In this document: in pieces, positions 8,219 to 15,390 of the stretch
Layout: every line of letters starts with the position of its first letter
Position numbering within the stretch: the stretch's first letter is position 1
DNA from: a bacterium
GTDB lineage: Bacteria > Hinthialibacterota > Hinthialibacteria > Hinthialibacterales > Hinthialibacteraceae
Length of the DNA: 17,289 nt
Reading direction: 5' to 3'
Assembly (NCBI GenBank): GCA_041946805.1
Contig: JBHGBC010000129.1
Location: 1 to 17,289 of the forward strand
Program-made: the position numbers and the translations under genes
The notes under the pieces: model-generated
What the model saw: the letters and a program-made list of their open reading frames with translations, nothing else
Told to the model about the DNA's origin: nothing
The model's database searches: none

Positions 8219-8261
8219 TCCATTGGAATTAGAGAAGCAATCCTTGTAGAACGCTCTGGGC

Positions 8262-11200
8262 TTATTCCTCCACGCTCAAATTCACCACTCCGCTGGTCAA
8301 CGAGCGGACAGAGCCATCGCCATCGACGGGCAGCTGGTAAATGGTGAACTGGTACGTGTGGCCGCCCTCCGGACCGCCACGGTATTGAGGATTCATCTTG
8401 TATTGCACGACCGGGGACCACCAGAAATAATTGATCGCTCCACTGCCGGTCTGGCCTAAATACTGATAGGCCCCGCCGTCGATACTGACATAGACATGGT
8501 AATCGTTCACGGTGGAGGGATCGTCACCGAAATTCCAGGCGGTCTGCAAGGCCCGCCAGTCCGCGCGGTCCCTGTCCGTTCCGCTTCCGCCCACGGGCGC
8601 CAGGTTCCGCCCGCCGAGCAGGTCGTCGTAGATCACGACATCGTTCTCTTCCAGGTTGGGATTTTCCGGCAGGAGGATGGTCTGCGAACTGCCGTCCGTA
8701 ATATTCAATCCCACGGGCGCTTGCGCGGGGAAGAAATCATCCGGACTGAGTTTGTCGTCCAGACGCACCACGCGGAACGAATAGACCGCGTTGATATCCG
8801 GACCGGTCCGGAACTCGGGCGCGATGTTCAATTGTCCGGCATACCAGTTCAGTGTGGTGATGGTTCCACTGCCGGTTTGACCCAGGTATTGATATCCGCC
8901 AAAGCCCTTGCGGACATACACATGCCAGTTGACGGCATTCGCCGTGGACGCGTTGCAATGGATCGACAGGTTGCGGTTGTTCAGATCGTCGAAATCCGTT
9001 TTCCCAGTCAGATCGCCCGAGGTGTCGCCCGCGTTGTCGAAGATCTCCACCACCCGCCGGTTGGGATCCGGGATCGGCGTCTCGGTGGGGATGGGGATCG
9101 GCGTGTTCGTCGGCGTGTTCGTTGGCGTCGGCGTCAATGTGGGGGTCGGTTCCGGTTCCGGGGTGGAAGTGGGCGCCGGCGTCACGGTCGGGGCCGCGGC
9201 GATCACCGGCTTCAAGAAGGTGTCCCACAAGTCCTTGGGGAGCACATCCCGGCACACGTCGATGAATTCCTGCACGTCCTCGCGGGGTTTGGTCTTGAGG
9301 AAGAAATCCATCTCCCCGGCCAGGTCGTTCATGAGATTCGTCACCTTGGCGGCGTCCGCCCGGCTGCTGAAACGGGGTTCGAGAAGGGCCGTCAACCGCT
9401 CCTTGGTGATCCCGCTGAACGCGTTCGGCTCGGGCATTTTGTCTTCGAAGAATTCCAATTCTTCCATCATCACCGGGGGCTGGCCGGGCTCCATGATCAG
9501 GTCCACCGGAAGGTTCCAATTTTTCTGGACCAGCGGCGGCAGTTCGTTCACCAGGTCGGTCAGGTTCGGCCGTTCGGGACGGTTGCCCAATTCCCCCGGC
9601 CGCAAGACATACGCTTCGTACAAGGCCGAACCCGCCGGTGTCAGATTGGCGTTCCCGACGGCGGGTCCTTCCCGGATTTCGTAATTGATCGTGTATTCGC
9701 AACACCCGGACGGATAATCCGACTCGCATTCACTGTCGATGCTGTACGACCGGGCTTCCTGCGGATGCAACTGGCTGACGCGGCCGGTGAAATCCGACCA
9801 GGCCGAATCATCCTCGAAGCCCGAGGAATGAAACCAGATGGATTCTCCCGGAAACAACAGCAGATCGGGGCCCAAGGAATGGGTGAAACCCGGGAATCCG
9901 GTTCCCCACGAAGCCCCATCGAAATCATCGAAACCATGAACGCACCCGTCGCAATCATAAATCTTGGTCCATTCCTGGTCCCCGTTGTTGATATTCACCC
10001 AGAACCGCCAATCCCCGTCGCCGCTGCCGATGGGATCGCCGTCGTCATCCACGTCGATGGAGTGGATCTGGATCCGCCAGTTTTTCAATCCCCAGTTGTC
10101 CGGCGAGGGATACGCCCACCCGGCCACGATCCGGCGCGAATAGGTCTGGCCCGAATAATCGCTCAGGTCGATCCGGACGTGCAGATAGGTGGCGTCGCCG
10201 GCGGGTTGCACGGTGATCACGGGATCCTCCACCACTCCCGCGCGGTCCGTGTTCTCGAAATACAACGGCACCTCGGGGACCTTCATGCCGGCCTGGGTGG
10301 CGGTCACATAGGGACTGCGGGGCAGGTAGATGTTGAATTCGTAAATCCGGTTGATGGGATTTCCGCCTTCATAGCCGGCCGCGTCGGGCAGGCACGGGCC
10401 GTTCACCCAAAGGGTCTGCCCCGTGGGGAGCTTGGCGAGAATGGGAGGCTGGTGCAGCCCCGTGTCGCTGCAGTTGCGCGTGATCTCGCCCGCCTGGCGG
10501 TTGACCCAGATGTCCGTGACGATGCCGGGAATGTAAATGTTCGTCCCGTACCCGAACGAGCCGGGCAGCGGGATGGCCCGCGCGCGGTGCACCGCCATCA
10601 TCACCGGCGGGTGGATTTCCGTGCGGAACTGATGGCCGCAGTCGTAAATCCAATACCCCACCGTGGAAATCCGGTCGCCCCGGGTGCTGCGGAAAAACTC
10701 GGGGAAATGGCTCCGTTCCCATTCCACTTCCATTTCCAACTGACCGGGTTTGAGCAACCGGTTATACGGCGGATCGGGCCTGACGATATCGTTGTGATCC
10801 TGGCTGTCGTGGTTGAGGGGATTGTCCGTCCGGGCGATATGGCTGTCATAGACCCACCCTTCGAGCAGTTCATAGCTGCCGGGCCCGTTCCACTCGTTCA
10901 CCGTGACCCATTGGGGATCGGTCACGCCGCCGTCGGTCAGGCCGTCCCGTTGAGGAGTTGGCGCCGTGCTGGATAACGCCGGCATGAAGGGCTGCAATTC
11001 CGGCGGCCGCTCGATATGGTCCACGGCCTGGATTTTGATGCTCCGGGAAATCGCCCCGGCGCCGATGGTTCCCCCGGTCAGCAGGGAGACCTGGCAGCCA
11101 CCCGGGCAGGCGATGGTCAAAATCAATTCATACGTGCCCACCACGTCCGGAACGAACTTGACGCTCAAGGTCGAGGCCCCCGAGAGTTGCGCGTTGCTGC

Positions 11201-11537
11201 CGGGGGGCTTCAGGAATTGCCAGGAATAAGATCCGGCGGGGACGGGGTGCACGGTGGTCGTGCACTCGCCATTGAAACCATCCGGATCGAGTTCGGTGAC
11301 GATGATCTTGGCGTTCAAGGCCGAGACCGTCTGATTGGCGCCGATGAGGGGCAAGCCGGTGTGGCCGACATGCGCGTCGATGTAGGCGCGGGCCTGACAC
11401 GGAGGCCGTTCCGGCTCGCCGCCGGTTTCGGGATCGCGCCGGGGCAGGGCGGCCGTGTCCCGGGCGGACAGGCCGGTCCACAGAGTCAGGGTCAACATAA
11501 CAGCAGAAAATCGCAACAACGCGGGAGATCTTTTCAT
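8262..11537 (-). CDS. Large secreted multidomain protein (~1091 aa): Ig/PKD-like module, His/Asp-rich core, Pro/Thr linker, two tandem C-terminal repeats
   Basis: ATG 11537 with AAGGAGAGG RBS at 11542-11550; signal peptide MKRSPALLRFSAVMLTLTLWTGLSA; YSWQF..P.GS module; PTPTPTNTPTNTP linker; duplicated HVYV..YQYLGQTGSG. Confidence 0.85.
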   Translation of the reverse strand: MKRSPALLRFSAVMLTLTLWTGLSARDTAALPRRDPETGGEPERPPCQARAYIDAHVGHTGLPLIGANQTVSALNAKIIVTELDPDGFNGECTTTVHPVPAGSYSWQFLKPPGSNAQLSGASTLSVKFVPDVVGTYELILTIACPGGCQVSLLTGGTIGAGAISRSIKIQAVDHIERPPELQPFMPALSSTAPTPQRDGLTDGGVTDPQWVTVNEWNGPGSYELLEGWVYDSHIARTDNPLNHDSQDHNDIVRPDPPYNRLLKPGQLEMEVEWERSHFPEFFRSTRGDRISTVGYWIYDCGHQFRTEIHPPVMMAVHRARAIPLPGSFGYGTNIYIPGIVTDIWVNRQAGEITRNCSDTGLHQPPILAKLPTGQTLWVNGPCLPDAAGYEGGNPINRIYEFNIYLPRSPYVTATQAGMKVPEVPLYFENTDRAGVVEDPVITVQPAGDATYLHVRIDLSDYSGQTYSRRIVAGWAYPSPDNWGLKNWRIQIHSIDVDDDGDPIGSGDGDWRFWVNINNGDQEWTKIYDCDGCVHGFDDFDGASWGTGFPGFTHSLGPDLLLFPGESIWFHSSGFEDDSAWSDFTGRVSQLHPQEARSYSIDSECESDYPSGCCEYTINYEIREGPAVGNANLTPAGSALYEAYVLRPGELGNRPERPNLTDLVNELPPLVQKNWNLPVDLIMEPGQPPVMMEELEFFEDKMPEPNAFSGITKERLTALLEPRFSSRADAAKVTNLMNDLAGEMDFFLKTKPREDVQEFIDVCRDVLPKDLWDTFLKPVIAAAPTVTPAPTSTPEPEPTPTLTPTPTNTPTNTPIPIPTETPIPDPNRRVVEIFDNAGDTSGDLTGKTDFDDLNNRNLSIHCNASTANAVNWHVYVRKGFGGYQYLGQTGSGTITTLNWYAGQLNIAPEFRTGPDINAVYSFRVVRLDDKLSPDDFFPAQAPVGLNITDGSSQTILLPENPNLEENDVVIYDDLLGGRNLAPVGGSGTDRDRADWRALQTAWNFGDDPSTVNDYHVYVSIDGGAYQYLGQTGSGAINYFWWSPVVQYKMNPQYRGGPEGGHTYQFTIYQLPVDGDGSVRSLTSGVVNLSVEE

Positions 11538-11982
11538 GCATCCTCTCCTTGTCAATGATTTAAGGCGAAGTTATTTCAAACGGCATCCATCAGGATTCTT
11601 CCGTTTAAAAGCCAGAGGAAACAGAAATCGTTTTGACTTCACGTGATGGGTATGGCGTGTCCGTGTCCGTTCAGCGGTGTGACGCGATGGATGGTTCGCC
11701 GGGGAAGTTCAAGACCCAGAATGCGGATCGGCTTGCGGGCGATTGTAGCGCGAAAGGCATCGTGGAAATACTTACAAAGATGAATATGCCGGTAGTCATG
11801 GATTCCCATGTCTTCACGGGCCGCTCCTGAGAGGCCGGGGACAAAATGATAGTAGGATTAAACATAGTTCCCGGCGAAGGTTACGGGCCGGCCGGGGATG
11901 GGACGGGTCTATACAAATAGTCAATCGCTTGTGCCGGTTTAACAGGAGAACCATTGCCAACCGGCCCCGGGGATCACGATCC

Positions 11983-12193
11983 GGTTCATCCGGGGAGTGC
12001 GTACTTTGTTGTTCCGGCGCCCCATCGGCCTCTCCTGCGAATGGATCGATAAGAACCGCCCCCCAATCCCCTCTCCCTCTGGGAGAGGGCTGGGGTGAGG
12101 GAATTTTGCAGAGGCGGACCTTGCTGTCCGCCCGAATCCTAAAGTAAATGGAATAACATAATCTCCATAATGTATGCACTTCCCGGAAGATCC
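11983..12193 (+). mobile_element. MITE-like composite element (copy B, 211 bp) with 22-bp imperfect terminal inverted repeats and two internal REP-like hairpins
   Basis: Left end GGTTCATCCGGGGAGTGCGTAC vs reverse complement of right end GGATCTTCCGGGAAGTGCATAC (18/22); internal REPs at 12069-12101 and 12108-12133. Confidence 0.6.
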
Positions 12194-12401
12194 AATTTGT
12201 ATCTTGGTTACTGAATACGGTATCAGTATTTGGGCAACTGTCCCAACACATTTGCCAAGTAGAGCCGGCGCGGCCGATTTACAGCGATCCGGATGGAAGG
12301 TATTTACTCTCACCTAAATCTCCAGCATGCATGTCACCGGCGGCAACCAAGACACTCCCCAGCTTCGTATCCTGCTAAAAAAGGATGGGCGGTCAAAAAC
12401 C

Positions 12402-13019
12402 ATGCATACAGCCGCAAATAGCGCAAATAATACAAACGCGTTCACCTTGATTGAATTGCTGATCGTGGTGGCCATTATCGAGATTCTGGCGGCTATTGCC
12501 GTGCCCAATTTCTTGGCATCCCAGACCCGCGCCAAGGTGGCCCGGGTCAAGCAAGACCTGCGGTCTTTGGGAACCGCCGCGGAGATGTATTATATCGATA
12601 CCGGCCAATATCCGCCGCATCTGGCGCAGCAAGATTGCAGTGAGATCCCCTATTACCGCCGCTATGCCTTTTTCACGACCCCTGTCGCTTATATCAGCAC
12701 GATGCCGGGCCGGGAAATATTCACGCCCGTGGACCAGGTCAATTTTACGGAAATGAGTGAAGTGGTGGCGGACACTTTTTATTATACTTGGACAAATTTT
12801 GCCTCCTTCGGATGCCGCGCCGAGCCGCACGAACTCTGGCCGTACCGGACCACGCACGCGTACCTGCTGCGCAGCCGGGGGCCGGACGGGCTCTTGGAGC
12901 CCAATCCCGTCCGCAATGAACATTTCGCGGGCAACGGCGCGTTGTCTCCCGATCCCTTTTTGTACGATGCCACCAACGGGACTTTATCCCGCGGGGACAT
13001 GATCCGGACAAAAGCCTGA
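12402..13019 (+). CDS. Prepilin-type N-terminal cleavage/methylation domain protein (type IV pilin / GspG-like)
   Basis: NA|FTLIELLIVVAIIEILAAIAVPNF..QTRAKVARVKQDLR..YYIDTGQYP, SRGPDG, YDATNGTLSRGD; alternative start 12327. Confidence 0.85.
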   Translation: MHTAANSANNTNAFTLIELLIVVAIIEILAAIAVPNFLASQTRAKVARVKQDLRSLGTAAEMYYIDTGQYPPHLAQQDCSEIPYYRRYAFFTTPVAYISTMPGREIFTPVDQVNFTEMSEVVADTFYYTWTNFASFGCRAEPHELWPYRTTHAYLLRSRGPDGLLEPNPVRNEHFAGNGALSPDPFLYDATNGTLSRGDMIRTKA

Positions 13020-13119
13020 GAGAATCGGTATGAACGGAAATGGTGATTCATTCCCCGGATACGGAACTTTCTCAGGGCTTTATTCGTTATCGACGCGCAA
13101 ATGGGAACGCTAACCGATT

Positions 13120-13151
13120 CCCTCTCCCCCGGAGAGAGGGTCAAGGTGAGG
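13120..13151 (+). repeat. Degenerate CCCTCTCCC-family REP-like repeat (copy C)
   Basis: CCCTCTCCCCCGGAGAGAGGGTCAAGGTGAGG between convergent genes. Confidence 0.75.
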
Positions 13152-13215
13152 AAAACCTGAAAAGGCGGAATTCATACCTTTTCTGCAAAGGAGGAAACTG
13201 TCTCTCAGCAACAAT

Positions 13216-13293
13216 ACCATGGATTTACATTAACCACCATGGATTTACATAAACCATGAAACACAAAACCCATCGCCATTAAATCGCCATTAA
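13216..13293. repeat. Two short tandem duplications
   Basis: ACCATGGATTTACAT at 13216-13230 and 13236-13250; ATCGCCATTAA at 13272-13282 and 13283-13293. Confidence 0.8.
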
Positions 13294-14048
13294 AATGTAA
13301 TCGTCAATCCGCCATCCACGGTGATCACCTGGCCCGTGATGTAGGCCGCGTCCGGACCGGCCAGGAACGCGGCCACGCCGGCGATCTCTTCCGGCCGTCC
13401 GGCGCGCCGCAAGGGCAGATGATGGCCCTCGACATAATTCACGCGGAACCAATCGGTCTCCAGTTCGTTCACCCCGTCGGGCCGGATGCTCATTTCCGTG
13501 TCGATGAATCCCGGCGCGACCGCGTTCACCAGGATGTTCCGCGGCGCCAATTCCACGGCCAAAACCCGGCAGAACTGATTCAGCGCCGCCTTGGCCATGG
13601 CGTACGCGCTGGCTTGCGCTTCGGCCCGCTCGCCATGGATGGAGGTGATGTGAATGATCCGTCCGCCCTGCGTCATCAACGGAACGATCGCGCGCGTGAT
13701 GTAAATGCCTCCCCAGCACATGGTGTCAAAAGGCCCGCGCCACACATCCACGGATGACGTGATGGCCTCCGCGCCCTGAAACACGCCGGCGCAGTTGACC
13801 AACACATCGGCCCGGCCCCATTCACGCCGGAGGGTCCGCGCCATCGCCGCGGTCACCGCCGGATCGCTGTAATCGCCCGCGCATACCAAATGATGTCCCG
13901 GCGGCAGGAGGCCAAGCAGTTCCCGCAGCCGCTCTTCCCGGCGGGCGTTCACGCAGACATCGTAGCCATCGGCGGCGAACCGCAGGGCCGTGGCGCGCCC
14001 GATCCCCGAGGAGGCTCCCGTGATTACCACGCAATGCCGTTCAGTCAT
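13290..14048 (-). CDS. SDR family NAD(P)-dependent oxidoreductase
   Basis: TGASSGIG Rossmann motif, NCAG, catalytic S..YAMAK, VNAVAPGFIDT, ITGQVITVDGG. Confidence 0.93.
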   Translation of the reverse strand: MTERHCVVITGASSGIGRATALRFAADGYDVCVNARREERLRELLGLLPPGHHLVCAGDYSDPAVTAAMARTLRREWGRADVLVNCAGVFQGAEAITSSVDVWRGPFDTMCWGGIYITRAIVPLMTQGGRIIHITSIHGERAEAQASAYAMAKAALNQFCRVLAVELAPRNILVNAVAPGFIDTEMSIRPDGVNELETDWFRVNYVEGHHLPLRRAGRPEEIAGVAAFLAGPDAAYITGQVITVDGGLTITF

Positions 14049-14066
14049 CGGATTTCTCCACTGGAT

Positions 14067-14981
14067 TCAGCGCAGGGGACCGGCGTAGATGGATGCGCAG
14101 GTCTGCAAGGATTCTCCCGGTTGCAGGACGGCGCATTGGCCCAGCGCGGCGGCTTCATTCACGGAAACCGGCATGGCCGTGCACGGTTCCAAAATGATTG
14201 TGTAATGATTGTCAAATCCGCCATACGAAGCGAAAAGCCAGGCATAAGGAAATATGGACGTATCAAATTGATAGGTAAATTCCAACCGCTCCGCGGGTCT
14301 CTGCCAGGCGATGCGGCCTTCCGGCAAGTCATACAGATAGAAGAAATCGACGGCGCCGTTCTTTTCGGGAATTATATTCGCCGCCTGGCCTTCGATCACC
14401 GGCCAGGGGAAAGGGTCCAGGGAATGGAACCGCGACCAGGCGGGATCCACGACGCGCGCCCAGCGGGCCGGGCACTCGATCCGGTCCCCCGCCTGGACGG
14501 AGAGCGCGGCATGCAATTTCCACAAGAAATGCCGTTCCACGCCGGAAATGTTGGTGAGGGAATAATCCAGGTCGATCCAGGGATCATCGCGCCTCACTGT
14601 CATCCGGCGCAGGTAGCGCAATCCGGACAAGGGCAAATCGCCCCGCAGGATCAAACTGCCGTCGATGATTTCCGGCCGCAAGGCTGTGGTCCATAGTTCA
14701 CCGTGATCGGGGCAGACGGTTCCATCGATCGTCTCGGGAATATCATTGGGCAGCAATTCGTCGATGCCGCCGTAAAAGTGCGGATCGTATTCCGAGCCCG
14801 GAGGCAGGATCTCCAACCGCAGGTTTGGATTGCGCCATAAAAAATCATAGTCCAGGAGCTGGTTGATCAAACGGACGATTTTTCCCCCGGCGGCCGGCGC
14901 GGTATCCACGAGCAAGTAATCCGATTCCAGGCGGATCAAGGGAATTCCATCGCAGCGGAGTCCACTATGAATCTGGAGCAT
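14067..14981 (-). CDS. Aldose 1-epimerase / galactose mutarotase-like protein
   Basis: P..GGKIVRL, FLW, GGIDELLP, DHGELW, WKLHAAL, IILEPCT, LQPGES motifs typical of the mutarotase-like beta-sandwich family. Confidence 0.75.
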   Translation of the reverse strand: MLQIHSGLRCDGIPLIRLESDYLLVDTAPAAGGKIVRLINQLLDYDFLWRNPNLRLEILPPGSEYDPHFYGGIDELLPNDIPETIDGTVCPDHGELWTTALRPEIIDGSLILRGDLPLSGLRYLRRMTVRRDDPWIDLDYSLTNISGVERHFLWKLHAALSVQAGDRIECPARWARVVDPAWSRFHSLDPFPWPVIEGQAANIIPEKNGAVDFFYLYDLPEGRIAWQRPAERLEFTYQFDTSIFPYAWLFASYGGFDNHYTIILEPCTAMPVSVNEAAALGQCAVLQPGESLQTCASIYAGPLR

Positions 14982-15060
14982 GGTTTGGCATCCTTTTTCG
15001 TAAGATGATTACTGTAAATCCGATTGCCGGGATGGCATGTATTCTGTCCTGGCAATACAG

Positions 15061-15100
15061 CCCTCACCCTGACCCTCTCCCGGAGGGAGAGGGAATTGTG
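15061..15100 (-). repeat. CCCTCTCCC-family REP-like repeat (copy D, reverse orientation)
   Basis: CCCTCACCCTGACCCTCTCCCGGAGGGAGAGGGAATTGTG; reverse complement is 37/40 identical to 15264-15303. Confidence 0.85.
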
Positions 15101-15187
15101 TGCTGTATTCACATCAACCCGTTTACTAAAGTCCAGATCTTTTCTTAAGCCGCGCGGTTGCCATCCGCAAAAAAACTTGAATTGTAT

Positions 15188-15356
15188 GGCTTATCCGGCA
15201 AGTGTGCACTTTTTTTCAGATGGCCGGTTCACATCTCTTTGAAGAAATCGCCGCAAACCTCTCCACAATCCCCTCTCCCTCCGGGAGAGGGCTAGGGTGA
15301 GGGAATTTGGTAGGGGCGGACCTTGGTGTCCGCCCTCGCCCCCTGGCGGATGAACC
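15188..15356 (+). mobile_element. MITE-like composite element (copy E, 169 bp, shortened right arm)
   Basis: Left end GGCTTATCCGGCAAGTGTGCAC; REP 15271-15303; GTAGGGGCGGACCTTGGTGTCCGCCC 15310-15335; right end CGGATGAACC followed by AATTTG as in copy B. Confidence 0.6.
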
Positions 15357-15390
15357 AATTTGATAGTCCGTTTTGCCTATCTACAATGAT

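Noticed and set aside
5822..8261. CRISPR array, integron attC array or full prophage
   Set aside because: Repeats are heterogeneous and irregularly spaced; no cas, integrase, portal or capsid genes are visible
8496..10976. 826-aa plus-strand ORF
   Set aside because: Antisense shadow of the large secreted protein, which has the RBS, signal peptide and internal repeats
11633..12313. Short ORFs in the divergent spacer
   Set aside because: No family motifs; several merely translate the REP (PSPQPSPRGRG)
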